The notes beneath the pieces were generated by a model. It was given only the letters and a program-made list of their open reading frames with translations. It was not told the DNA's origin and made no database searches. 64,000 bases of DNA from Candidatus Parcubacteria bacterium (GTDB lineage Bacteria; Patescibacteriota; Minisyncoccia; Minisyncoccales; JAGLUP01): the NCBI GenBank assembly GCA_023134715.1, contig JAGLUP010000002.1, positions 143,906-207,905 of the forward strand. The letters run 5' to 3'. The position numbers and the translations under genes were made by a program. Below, piece after piece: positions 49,709-58,499 of the stretch. How positions within the stretch are numbered: the first letter of the stretch is position 1; every line of letters starts with the position of its first letter.

Positions 49709-50477
49709 ATTTTCTTACTGATGTTTCGGGCGTGCGGTAAAACACCGACTCAAAATCAAGCGGTTTTCCGTCTTCCGCGCTAATCCACGGGACATCTTTA
49801 TGTGATAAATCTGTTAATTGACTGGCTGTTAAATCAGAAAGTCGTTGTAATTCCCAATCAATATGCTTCTGTTCTTGGCCATTTAAAATGCTTAATTCCG
49901 GCTCAATTGCCGGATTGACCAAATACTTGGTTTGAGGATATTGGTAAAACTTGCTTTTTACGATTTCCACATCGCCATCTTTCACCATATCTTTGATAAG
50001 ATTTTCAAACAAAAGCGGCGTTGGCCCATGATGATTTTTCATATACACTAAACCCATCAACTGGTCCTCATATTTTTCGTAATAGTCAAAATCTATAAAA
50101 TAAAGCAATTTATACAAAACCGTCATGCCAACATTCGGCTTGCCGCCGACTTTTTTTAAAATGTAAAGCAAAATTTGTCGAAACTTATCTGCTTTTTCTT
50201 GCGGAACGCTTATTCTAATCTCATTTTCTTGCTTTTGAGTTTGTTTTTTCTTTTTTTCCACTTTTACGATTGTCTTTATTCCTTCCTTGCTTTGCAAAAA
50301 ATTTTGAAAAGAAATGTTAAAAATTTCCGCCAGCTTTTTTGCTTCGGTAATAGTTAAATCCCGCCCGCCTTGTTCTATTTGAACATAAGTCGGACGGGAA
50401 ATGCTTAATTCAGACGCCAAAAACTCCTGCGTCAAATTGCGCTTTTTCCGTTGTTGTTGAATGAATTTTGCAAGCAT
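49686..50477 (-). CDS. XRE-HTH + Panacea (DUF4065/SocA-like) domain antitoxin
   Basis: LTQEFLASELSISRPTYVQIEQG HTH; C-terminal KLLYFIDFDYYEKY...G..Y.KN.HGP typical of DUF4065; promoter TTGACA-17-TATACT at about 50486-50514 (minus). Confidence 0.6.
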   Translation of the reverse strand: MLAKFIQQQRKKRNLTQEFLASELSISRPTYVQIEQGGRDLTITEAKKLAEIFNISFQNFLQSKEGIKTIVKVEKKKKQTQKQENEIRISVPQEKADKFRQILLYILKKVGGKPNVGMTVLYKLLYFIDFDYYEKYEDQLMGLVYMKNHHGPTPLLFENLIKDMVKDGDVEIVKSKFYQYPQTKYLVNPAIEPELSILNGQEQKHIDWELQRLSDLTASQLTDLSHKDVPWISAEDGKPLDFESVFYRTPETSVRKYDKTDED

Positions 50478-50549
50478 AGTGATTATAGTATAGGCGATGT
50501 AAAATTATTTGTCAATAGCAATGTCAAAAAGTTATACACACCCTATATT

Positions 50550-50834
50550 TCACTGGTTGGCTCTGTGAAAATTTTTGGCTTCTGCTTCTTCAATAGAGCA
50601 AAGCCATTTGTCTTCTTCAAAAAGATTAATCGTGGTTAGAGAGTAATGTTTATCTCCGGGAAGATGATAATATTTTCGATATTTTTGGCTTGTGTGACGG
50701 CTAACATTGCCCTTAATTACGCATTTTCCATCAAATTGAGATTCTCCGCAAGAACCCCAAATTCCCAAAAAACCGCTTCTGCTAAAAGGCGGATTTGGGA
50801 TTTTCGTTTTTTGCAGAATGTGGCTCTCTCCCAC
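50550..50834 (-). pseudogene. 3' fragment of a second SNase/sunset-domain nuclease gene
   Basis: GIWGSCGESQFDGKCVIKGN...YHLPGDKHY...KWLCSIEEAEAKNFHRANQ; about 230-245 nt homologous to 36281-36510 (about 80 percent identity by eye); the N-terminal domain is replaced by a terminator-like repeat. Confidence 0.6.
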
Positions 50835-50926
50835 TTGACAAGGGGTGTGAATTTGCTATTGTTAAAGTATTAAGACGAAAGGGAATCCGAACGGTTTACT
50901 GCCTAAGGAGACCCTTTCTTTTTTTA

Positions 50927-51142
50927 TTACTGTATTTTTCTTTTAACTCCTTCGTTACCCAAATAATCAAAATACATAGGCATAAGTTTTCTATATAATG
51001 AAGAAGCGAATTGTTTATTTGGAAAAAGTATTTTCTTAAATCTATTTTCTTCAATCAAAAAATCCACGAGCATTTTATAATCTCCATCTCCAGAAACAAG
51101 AACTATTTTATCAAATGGTTCTTTTTTGTATAATTTTTTCAT
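50927..51142 (-). pseudogene. C-terminal fragment of an NYN/LabA-like (DUF88) protein
   Basis: IVLVSGDGDYKMLVDFL matches the end of NYN domains; only 71 aa. Confidence 0.45.
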
Positions 51143-51220
51143 TACATTAAAAAACCGCTTTTACTGAAAGGCGGAGGCGGGGGTGTTATAGTTTACACTG
51201 AGGAGCGAAGCGACGAAGTG

Positions 51221-51294
51221 TGCGCTCGGAGGGGATCGAACCCCCGACCATCGGCTTAAAAGGCCGCTGCTCTACCTAACTGAGCTACGAGCGC
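51221..51294 (-). tRNA. tRNA-Lys (anticodon UUU), CCA not encoded
   Basis: GCGCTCG-TA-GCTC-AGTTAGGTA-GAGC-A-GCGGC-CTTTTAA-GCCGA-TGGTC-GGGGG-TTCGATC-CCCTC-CGAGCGC-A folds as a 74-nt cloverleaf with one 27:43 mismatch. Confidence 0.85.
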
Positions 51295-51313
51295 AAGTGC
51301 CGCGAATCAGCGG

Positions 51314-52390
51314 CTATATTCCTTCTTTCTTTAATTGCTCTAAAAGTTGTTTTTGATTTTTGCTTAATTTTTGCGGTGTCTGGATAACCAGCTCTACATA
51401 CATACTTCCTCTTCCCCAGCCGGAAAAATGAGGAATTCCTTTTCGAGAAAGCCGTAAAACTTTTCCTGATTCAGTTCCATCAGGAATTTTTAACTCAATT
51501 TTCTTGCCTTCTAAGCTTGGTATTTCAATCTTGTCTCCCAAACATGCCTGTGAAAAACTAATAGGAGCGCTATGATAAATATCATCGCCGCTTCTTTTGA
51601 ACGCCGAATGTTTTTTAACTAAAATTCTGATATATAAATCGCCGGGATTGCCGCCTCTTTTTCCCGCTTCTCCTTCGCCTGTGATTTTAATTACCTGATT
51701 TGTGTCAACTCCGGCTGGAATAGAAATTCTAATTTCTTTATCTTTTTTAATTCTTCCTTCGCCCTTGCAGACATTACAAAGTTTTTCAGGTTTAGTCCCC
51801 TCTCCTTTACATTCCGGACAAGTAGTATATCTCTGGAAAGAGCCCAAAAATGTTTTTTTAATTTGCTGGACCTCTCCGGCGCCTCTACAGGTAAAACATT
51901 CTTTGACAGAAGAGCCGGGCTCAGCTCCGCTTCCCTGACATCTGTCGCAAACAGCTGCTTTATACAAAGAAACTTTCTTTTCTTTGCCTGTTAAAACATC
52001 TTCAAGCGTAATTTGTATATCAACCTGAATGTCCTGGCCTCTTTTAATATTCTTTTTTCTTGCCTGGTCTCCACTGAAAAAACTTCCAAAAATTTCTCCT
52101 AAATCTCCCATATCAAATTCTACGCCTTGGCCAGCTCCTTGGCCAAAACCAAATCCAGCAGCGCCCGGGTCAAATCCCCCGGCTTGGCCCTCAAAAACTC
52201 TGCCAAATTGATCATATTGCGCTCGCTTCTGCTTACTGGAAAGAACCTGATACGCTTCATTAAGCTCTTTAAATTTTTTCTCATCTCCTCCTTTGTCTGG
52301 ATGATATTTATGAGCTAATTTACGGTAGGCCTTTTTTATGTCTTGTTCTGAAGCGTCGCGAGCAACGCCTAATGTTTGATAATAATCCAT
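51314..52390 (-). CDS. dnaJ: molecular chaperone DnaJ
   Basis: J domain with HPD, G/F region, four CxxCxGxG repeats. Confidence 0.95.
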   Translation of the reverse strand: MDYYQTLGVARDASEQDIKKAYRKLAHKYHPDKGGDEKKFKELNEAYQVLSSKQKRAQYDQFGRVFEGQAGGFDPGAAGFGFGQGAGQGVEFDMGDLGEIFGSFFSGDQARKKNIKRGQDIQVDIQITLEDVLTGKEKKVSLYKAAVCDRCQGSGAEPGSSVKECFTCRGAGEVQQIKKTFLGSFQRYTTCPECKGEGTKPEKLCNVCKGEGRIKKDKEIRISIPAGVDTNQVIKITGEGEAGKRGGNPGDLYIRILVKKHSAFKRSGDDIYHSAPISFSQACLGDKIEIPSLEGKKIELKIPDGTESGKVLRLSRKGIPHFSGWGRGSMYVELVIQTPQKLSKNQKQLLEQLKKEGI

Positions 52391-52498
52391 AATGAAATTG
52401 AAAATGAAAAGCGAAAAAAGAAAAACTACAATCTAAAATCTAAAATTTAATCTTTTTTAATTTTTATCTGTCGTTTTTCATTTTTAGTTTTCAGTTTT
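52391..52498. repeat. AT-rich palindromic intergenic element, copy C (between dnaK and dnaJ)
   Basis: gaaaatgaaaagcgaaaaaagaaaaactacaatctaaaatctaaaat...tcttttttaattttt...gtttttcatttttagttttcagtttttcattt. Confidence 0.7.
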
Positions 52499-54397
52499 TC
52501 ATTTTTCTTTGTATTCTCCTTCTTCCGGCTTTTTTTCCTCATCTTCTGGCTTTTTTTCTTCAGGTTTTTTTTCAGATTCTGGCTTTTTTTCCTCCGTCTG
52601 TTTATACATTTCTGTTCCGATTTTTTGAATCGCCTCGGATAATTCTGATGTCTTGCTCTTTATATCCTCTATATTATCACCATCTTTAACCTGTTTCAAG
52701 TTCTCTATTTTTTCTTCAATTTCTTTTTTGGAGTCAGCGGAAACCTTGTCTCCTGCGTCTTTAATGGTTTTTTCAGTGGTATAAACCAAACTGTTAGCCA
52801 TATTTTTTGCTTCAATTAATTCCTGCTTTTTTTTATCGTCTTCTTTATGAAGCTCCGCGTCTTTTTTCATTTTCTCCACTTCTTCTTTTGATACGCCGGA
52901 AGAACCCTCAATTCTAATTGACTGGGTTTTGCCGCTCGCCTTATCTTTAGCAGACACTTCTAGAATTCCATTAGCGTCAATATCAAAACTTACTTCAATC
53001 TGGGGAACTCCGCGAGGAGCCGGAGGAATGCCGTCTAAAATAAATCTTCCTAATGTCTTGTTATCGCTTGCCATTGGTCTTTCGCCTTGAAGCACATGGA
53101 CTTCTACTGAAGGTTGATTCTCGGCCGCGGTAGAAAAAACTTGTGTTTCAGCCGCTGGAACAGTGGTATTTTTGGAAATTAAAATTGTATTTACACTGCC
53201 TAATGTTTCAATTCCCAAAGAAAGAGGAGTTACATCTAAAAGTAAAACATCTTTCACGCTTCCTTGTAAAATGCCGGCCTGGACAGCGGCTCCGACAGCT
53301 ACCACTTCGTCTGGATTAATTTCTTTATTCGCTTCTTTTCCAAAAAGATTTTTAATCTCTTCCTGAATTTTAGGCATTCTTGTCTGCCCGCCGACTAAAA
53401 TTATTTCCTTAATATCTTTGGCTTCCATATCCGCCTCTTTCAAGGCCTGCTTAGTAAGTTCAATAGATTTATCAATATAATCTTTGACTAAATTCTCAAA
53501 TTCAGCCCTTGCTAATTTATAAAGAAGATGTTTTGGTCCGGCGCTGTCTGAAGTGACAAAAGGAATATTAATTTCGCTTTCTAAGGTAGTTGATAATTCA
53601 ATTTTTGCTTTTTCAGCCGCTTCTTTTAATCGCTGTAAAGCTAAATTATCTTTAGATAAATCAATGCCTTGGTCTTGTTTAAATTTATCTACAAGCCAAT
53701 CAATTATTTTTTGGTCAAAATCATCCCCGCCTAAATGACTATTCCCGCCTGTGGCTTTTACCTCTACTGTGTCCTCGCTTACATCTAAGACAGAAATATC
53801 AAAAGTTCCTCCGCCAAAATCATAGACAACGATTTTTTGCTCGCCTTTTTTTGTCAAACCGTAAGCCAACGCGGCCGCAGTCGGCTCGTTGATTACCCTT
53901 CTAACTTTAAATCCAGCGATTTCTCCCGCTATTTTCGTCGCTTTTCTTTGAGAATCATCAAAATAAGCCGGGCAGGTAATAATTGCTTCTTCAATTTTTT
54001 CTCCTAATTTTTCTTCTGCGTCGCTTTTTAATTTTTGCAAAATCATTGCTGAAATCTCAACCGGCTTATGCCATTTATCTCCCATTTTAACTTCAACCCC
54101 GCCATCAGACGCTTCTTTAAGCTCATAAGGCAATAGTTTTTTATCTTTCTGAACTTCTTTATCAGAAAAACGATGGCCTATTAATCGTTTTATAGAGAAG
54201 ATAGTATTTTCAGGATTAGTTATTTGCTGTCTTCGCGCTAAAATTCCCACCAATCGCTCTTGATTTTTTGTTAACGCTACAATAGACGGAGTGGTTCTGG
54301 CTCCTTCTTTATTTTCAATTATTTTTGGTTCTCCAGCTTCAACAACAGCCATAGCTGAAAAAGTTGTGCCTAAATCAATGCCTAATATTTTTGACAT
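52499..54397 (-). CDS. dnaK: molecular chaperone DnaK
   Basis: [15 protein letters not shown], full Hsp70 architecture; 632 aa with a KPEE-rich tail. Confidence 0.97.
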   Translation of the reverse strand: MSKILGIDLGTTFSAMAVVEAGEPKIIENKEGARTTPSIVALTKNQERLVGILARRQQITNPENTIFSIKRLIGHRFSDKEVQKDKKLLPYELKEASDGGVEVKMGDKWHKPVEISAMILQKLKSDAEEKLGEKIEEAIITCPAYFDDSQRKATKIAGEIAGFKVRRVINEPTAAALAYGLTKKGEQKIVVYDFGGGTFDISVLDVSEDTVEVKATGGNSHLGGDDFDQKIIDWLVDKFKQDQGIDLSKDNLALQRLKEAAEKAKIELSTTLESEINIPFVTSDSAGPKHLLYKLARAEFENLVKDYIDKSIELTKQALKEADMEAKDIKEIILVGGQTRMPKIQEEIKNLFGKEANKEINPDEVVAVGAAVQAGILQGSVKDVLLLDVTPLSLGIETLGSVNTILISKNTTVPAAETQVFSTAAENQPSVEVHVLQGERPMASDNKTLGRFILDGIPPAPRGVPQIEVSFDIDANGILEVSAKDKASGKTQSIRIEGSSGVSKEEVEKMKKDAELHKEDDKKKQELIEAKNMANSLVYTTEKTIKDAGDKVSADSKKEIEEKIENLKQVKDGDNIEDIKSKTSELSEAIQKIGTEMYKQTEEKKPESEKKPEEKKPEDEEKKPEEGEYKEK

Positions 54398-54481
54398 AAT
54401 TAAAAAAATTTCTAATTTCTAATTCTTAATTTTTAAACATTTAAAATTAGAAATTTAAAATTTAAAATTAATCTATTGAAT

Positions 54482-54775
54482 TTATTTATCTTCTCCTGCG
54501 AATCCGATTTTTTGTTCCGGGACTGCTGTTGCTTCTATTTTACCAAATTGCTCTTCATATCTTCCTAAATTTTCCTGCAACGCGCTAATCATTCTTTTCA
54601 AATGGGCAGGATTCATAATGACTCTGGAATTCAAAATTCCATTTGGAGGCGATACTAAGAAAAAATCTAAAATAAATTCATCTTTAGTATGCAAAATCTG
54701 CATTAAATTTGAATAAACTCCTCTTAAATCTTCGTCTCTGACTTTAATTTTTATTTCTCTTTTTTGCTGTTCCAT
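54482..54775 (-). CDS. DUF3467-family protein
   Basis: GVYSNLMQILHTKDEFILDFF......V.MNP.H.KR....L..N...YE..FG.I. Confidence 0.6.
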   Translation of the reverse strand: MEQQKREIKIKVRDEDLRGVYSNLMQILHTKDEFILDFFLVSPPNGILNSRVIMNPAHLKRMISALQENLGRYEEQFGKIEATAVPEQKIGFAGEDK

Positions 54776-54796
54776 AACTTTAAATTGTTATATTGT

Positions 54797-55294
54797 TTAT
54801 TTCGCGACCTTGACTTTGGCAGGTCTGATGACCTTGCCTTTTAAAATATATCCTTTTTCAATTTCTTCTATAATTATATCCGAATCTTTATCTTTTGCTT
54901 CAGCTTGTTCTACTGCTTCATGAAAATTTGGGTCAAACTCTTTTTCGCTTGTTTCAATTTCCTCTATTCCTTGTGTTTTTAAAAATTCTTGAAATTGATT
55001 TTTGATTTTTAACAACCCGTCCACATCAGCATTATTTTTTAAATCCTCTGATACTTTACTTTCAGCTAAATAAAAATTATCTAAAATTGGCAAAATTTTT
55101 AAAATAAACTCTCTTTGAACATAATCTAAAATTTCTTTAGCTCTCTCTGCCTCTTCTTTTTTATAATTTGAAAAATCAGCTTGCGCTCTTTGCCAGCCAG
55201 CCAGATACTCATCTCTTAATTTCTCGCATCCTTCTAATTTTTGCTTGAAATCTGTTTGTTTCTGAACTTTTTTTTCTTTTTTCTTCTTTTCCAT
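54797..55294 (-). CDS. grpE: nucleotide exchange factor GrpE
   Basis: RAQADFSNYKKE.....E......L..ILP.LDN; C-terminal FDPNFHEAV......G.VIRPAKV. Confidence 0.9.
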   Translation of the reverse strand: MEKKKKEKKVQKQTDFKQKLEGCEKLRDEYLAGWQRAQADFSNYKKEEAERAKEILDYVQREFILKILPILDNFYLAESKVSEDLKNNADVDGLLKIKNQFQEFLKTQGIEEIETSEKEFDPNFHEAVEQAEAKDKDSDIIIEEIEKGYILKGKVIRPAKVKVAK

Positions 55295-55312
55295 AATCTA
55301 AAATATATTCTA

Positions 55313-55341
55313 ATTATATAAAATAAATAGACAAAAGTCAA
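55313..55341 (-). promoter_or_regulatory. putative promoter of the grpE-dnaK-dnaJ operon
   Basis: minus-sense TTGACT (55336-55341), 17 nt, TATAAT (55313-55318); no CIRCE-like inverted repeat seen. Confidence 0.5.
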
Positions 55342-55472
55342 ATCCGATAGTAAAACAAAAAACCCACAGAGCTAAGCTCCGCAGGTTTTTTGTTTATTTC
55401 TATTCACCTTTTTCCAACCCACAAACTTTTTTATGAGCTCGAAAAAATAAGAAAGAGAAAAAAATTTCTTTT

Positions 55473-55766
55473 CTACCTTGCCCTTAGGAATTCAGGGGTA
55501 AGGTAATCTTTAACATAGTCGGTTAAATCATTGGCGATATCAATTAAAATATGATAGTCCTTCTCTTCTTGATATTTCTCTACGGCCTCAAGTATAACCT
55601 GCTTAACCATTCCATGGCTATGTCCAATTTCTTCAAGTATCCGAGCAGCCATTGCAGTGGCTTCGGTATCCTTCTCTTCAAAAAGTGAATCCACTAGACA
55701 TTTCTGTAGTTCACTGATGTTTTTTTCCTTATTTGCTTTACTTATCCGTACAAAAATATTTGTCAT
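55473..55766 (-). CDS. hypothetical protein (cargo of cassette-array module 1)
   Basis: 97-aa ORF with GGAGGT 7 nt upstream; no motif recognised. Confidence 0.4.
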   Translation of the reverse strand: MTNIFVRISKANKEKNISELQKCLVDSLFEEKDTEATAMAARILEEIGHSHGMVKQVILEAVEKYQEEKDYHILIDIANDLTDYVKDYLTPEFLRAR

Positions 55767-55792
55767 TGTTTTTACCTCCGCAGGAATAATGT

Positions 55793-55888
55793 CATTCTCC
55801 TGCCGATTGAAATTCCAAAATTCGCGTAAATTCGTGTCAATATTTGTTTAAATTTGCGATACTTAGAACCTCAATCAGCAGGAGAATG
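55793..55888. promoter_or_regulatory. conserved long hairpin, copy 1 (18-bp stem, 60-nt loop)
   Basis: cattctcctgccgattga ... tcaatcagcaggagaatg; the same stem at 56960-57011 has a different, shorter loop. Confidence 0.65.
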
Positions 55889-56115
55889 TTTCTTGCCTCG
55901 CCGAAGTATAGATGTATGGCGGGCTTGCCTCGCCGAAGTTTAAACGAAGGCGGGTTTCTCTTTCTTTTTTTGCCCTCCATAGTTTTAACGAAGGAGGGTT
56001 TTTTTTATTTAAAGAGCTGTCTTTTATTTCTAACAAGGAGAGAGCTCTTTTCAAATTTACACAGACCCGACGTGTGTATTTTGTTTAAAAAGAATTCTCT
56101 CGTTGCTAATTTTGC

Positions 56116-56143
56116 TTGACATTGTGTTTAAAAATTATAGAAT
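56116..56143 (+). promoter_or_regulatory. promoter of hicBA (shared TA-cassette promoter, copy 1)
   Basis: TTGACA-16 nt-TAGAAT within an about 130-nt block repeated at 57068-57196. Confidence 0.6.
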
Positions 56144-56178
56144 AAAATTAGATTAAAAAATAATTTAGTTTTAAATTT

Positions 56179-56427
56179 ATGCGTATTTATACTTTTCGAA
56201 CTATCATTGAACCAGACGAAAATAATACTTTTCATGGTTATGTTCCATCTCTTCCTGGCTGTCATACTTGGGGAGAAACAATTGAAGAAACAAAAATAAA
56301 TTTAAAAGATGCGATAAAATGTCATATTCAAGGACTTTTGAAAGATAAAGAGTTTATTCCTCAAGATAAAGAAAGTTTAGAATTTATTCAAACTTTTACT
56401 GAAAAAGAACTTGTGAAAGCAATGTAA
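56179..56427 (+). CDS. hicB: HicB-family antitoxin (UPF0150)
   Basis: YTFRTIIEPDENNTFHGYVPSLPGCHTWGETIEETKINLKDAI. Confidence 0.8.
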   Translation: MRIYTFRTIIEPDENNTFHGYVPSLPGCHTWGETIEETKINLKDAIKCHIQGLLKDKEFIPQDKESLEFIQTFTEKELVKAM

Positions 56428-56431
56428 TTAT

Positions 56432-56662
56432 ATGCCGAAATTGCCTGTTATAAAATCTAAAGAATTGGCAAAATTTTTAAATAAGATTGGATTTTTTGAA
56501 TATCATCAAACAGGAAGTCATATTCAATTTAAGCATTCAGACGGCAGAAGAACAACTATTTCTTTTCATCCTGGGAAAGATATTCCTCGGGGAACGCTTA
56601 AGGCGATTCTTAGAGATTTAAAAATCTCAAATGAAGAATTTATAAAATTATTAAAAAAATAA
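56432..56662 (+). CDS. hicA: HicA-family mRNA interferase toxin
   Basis: SKELAKFLNKIGF.......GSH.QFKH.DGRRTTISFHPGKDIP.GTLKAILRDL. Confidence 0.8.
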   Translation: MPKLPVIKSKELAKFLNKIGFFEYHQTGSHIQFKHSDGRRTTISFHPGKDIPRGTLKAILRDLKISNEEFIKLLKK

Positions 56663-56840
56663 TAGGCCAATCCATAGGTCTGTTTTTTTTATTCTGTTTT
56701 TTATTTTTTACCCTGAACCCTATGTGGTTTAGGGCTTCTTCCAACCCACAATTTTACAAAAATGGTCTAAGCCCGTCTTGGACCATTTTTGAAGTTTATG
56801 GGCTCGAAAAAATAAAGAAAGAGAAAATTCATGGTCTAAT

Positions 56841-56933
56841 TTATCGCGCATAATTTTTTAGACCATTTCTTATATTTTCCGTGAATTCTTTAATCTTCTT
56901 TGTTATTTCTTCCATCAAAATTATTATATCCAT
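56841..56933 (-). CDS. possible 30-aa peptide (cargo of module 2)
   Basis: MDIIILMEEITKKIKEFTENIRNGLKNYAR preceded by GAGGTGTAAAA; in the same position as 55473..55766 relative to the conserved hairpin. Confidence 0.25.
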   Translation of the reverse strand: MDIIILMEEITKKIKEFTENIRNGLKNYAR

Positions 56934-56959
56934 TTTTACACCTCTGCGGAAATAATATT

Positions 56960-57011
56960 ATTCTCCTGCTGGTTGGGGTCCAAGATTTAGAACCTCAATC
57001 AGCAGGAGAAT
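56960..57011. promoter_or_regulatory. conserved long hairpin, copy 2
   Basis: attctcctgctggttg-gggtccaagatttagaacc-tcaatcagcaggagaat. Confidence 0.65.
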
Positions 57012-57144
57012 AGCTACAGGCTTGTCGGTATCTGATACCGACAGACATTTTCTCTTTCTTTTTTTTATTTAAAGAGCTGTTTATTGTTTCTAACAAGGAG
57101 AGAACTCTTTTCAAATTTTTTTAAAAAGAATTCTCTCATTACTA

Positions 57145-57172
57145 TTGACATTATGTTTAAAAATTATAGAAT
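57145..57172 (+). promoter_or_regulatory. promoter of the relE-like TA pair (shared TA-cassette promoter, copy 2)
   Basis: TTGACA-16 nt-TAGAAT, same block as 56116-56143. Confidence 0.6.
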
Positions 57173-57196
57173 AAAATAAAGATTAAATTTATATTT

Positions 57197-57403
57197 ATGG
57201 CTCAAGCACTATTAGATAATAAATTACAAATGTCACGACTTCAAGAAGAAGTAAAAATTCTTCGTTCTTTTGTGATTGGTATTGCCGGAAAAGATAAAGA
57301 GGGAGAATATAAGCCAGAATTTGTCAAAAAAATATTAAAAGCGTCTCAAGAAAAACCAGAACATAGATTTAAAGATAAAAAATCTTTTCTTTCAATGATT
57401 TAA
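57197..57403 (+). CDS. putative antitoxin
   Basis: 68 aa directly upstream (6-nt gap) of a RelE-like toxin; no motif recognised. Confidence 0.5.
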   Translation: MAQALLDNKLQMSRLQEEVKILRSFVIGIAGKDKEGEYKPEFVKKILKASQEKPEHRFKDKKSFLSMI

Positions 57404-57409
57404 AAATTC

Positions 57410-57673
57410 ATGATAATTCTTGTTTATAGTAATTATTTTTTAAAATCTGCGAGAAAGCTTCCTAAAATACAACAAAATAAACTTGCAGAACTTCTTGAAA
57501 AATTTCAGAAAAATCCATTTTCTTCTGAATTACATACTAAATCTCTTACTGGAAAATTAGCTGGATTTTACTCTTTTAGAATTACTCGCGATTGGCGAGT
57601 AATTTTTCAATTTCTATCATCTGAGAAAATACAGCTTATAGATATTGGACACAGAAAAGATATTTACAAATAA
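57410..57673 (+). CDS. RelE/ParE-family toxin
   Basis: F.KSARKL....Q.K....L..F..NPF...L..K.L.GKL.G.YSFRI..DWRVIF......I.LIDIGHRKDIY. Confidence 0.75.
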   Translation: MIILVYSNYFLKSARKLPKIQQNKLAELLEKFQKNPFSSELHTKSLTGKLAGFYSFRITRDWRVIFQFLSSEKIQLIDIGHRKDIYK

Positions 57674-57743
57674 TATTAACCTTTTTCCAACCCACAAAAT
57701 CTGTTTTCTGGACTCGAAAAAATAAAGAAAGAAAAAAAATATT

Positions 57744-57977
57744 TTAGAACCAATCACTGTAATGAGAACCAGTAAAATAAAATGTTCCAACCGCTAAAGC
57801 CAACCTTATTATACCTCTCATCATATAGTATGTGCCCTCTGCTGGTATTTCTTCCATACAAAAACCAGATACTATATCCATACATCCGATTGCAAATAAA
57901 TATAAACCTACTATGCTAAATAGTACCAAAAATAGAACCTTAGCTATAGTCATTAAATATGTTTTTACACGTTCCAT
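57744..57977 (-). CDS. small membrane protein (cargo of module 3)
   Basis: 77 aa, two TM helices. Confidence 0.4.
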   Translation of the reverse strand: MERVKTYLMTIAKVLFLVLFSIVGLYLFAIGCMDIVSGFCMEEIPAEGTYYMMRGIIRLALAVGTFYFTGSHYSDWF

Positions 57978-58340
57978 TTTAGTTTCACCTTATATATATC
58001 TGCCGTCACTAGAAAACCTGACATTATCAGATTTCTTCAAGGCATTAAACTGACAACTAATTATTTAATTATCAATTCACTGCCCTGAAGATTTTCTCTT
58101 TCTTTTTTGCCCGCCTAATTGTCCGACCCGCCTGCATCGTTATGCGAAGCATTGCGGGCAGGAGGACTTTTGACGGATTATTTTATTCAAAGAGCTGTTA
58201 TTAAAGAAAAACAGACAACTATGGAGAGAGGTCTGTTTTTCGTGAATAATTAAAATCAGTTTCTCTCTCCTAACATTTTTAATTATACCATAAAAGCAAA
58301 ATTTGTCAAGTTCAAGTTAAAAAAAGACAGCATAGATTTT

Positions 58341-58499
58341 CTATGCTGGGGTTTGAGAACATTTCTTTTCTAATTCTTTAAGCGCCCTTTCGCCTTTTCT
58401 TACTTCTTTAAAACCTTCTTTTACTTCCTTTGTGTTGGGTACAAATATCTCTACCTCCGACACATCTATCTCCACATCATCTATCTCCACATCATCCAC
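58341..58499 (-). CDS. possible 52-aa acidic protein with internal 15-nt tandem repeat (below cutoff)
   Basis: GTG start 4 nt after GAGGTGAT; VDDVEIDDVEIDVSEVEIFVPNTKEVKEGFKEVRKGERALKELEKKCSQTPA; the KEGF..VR.G...L.EL tail is antitoxin-like. Confidence 0.3.
   Translation of the reverse strand: MDDVEIDDVEIDVSEVEIFVPNTKEVKEGFKEVRKGERALKELEKKCSQTPA

Noticed and set aside
36211-51294. Prophage, integrative element with integrase, or integron (the TGAAAAAGGTGG.TGAC motifs as attC-like sites)
   Set aside because: There is no integrase, transposase, capsid, terminase or replication gene in or beside the island. The motif is best explained as a degenerating terminator hairpin (a perfect hairpin only at 36216-36240). 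Mobility remains unproven.
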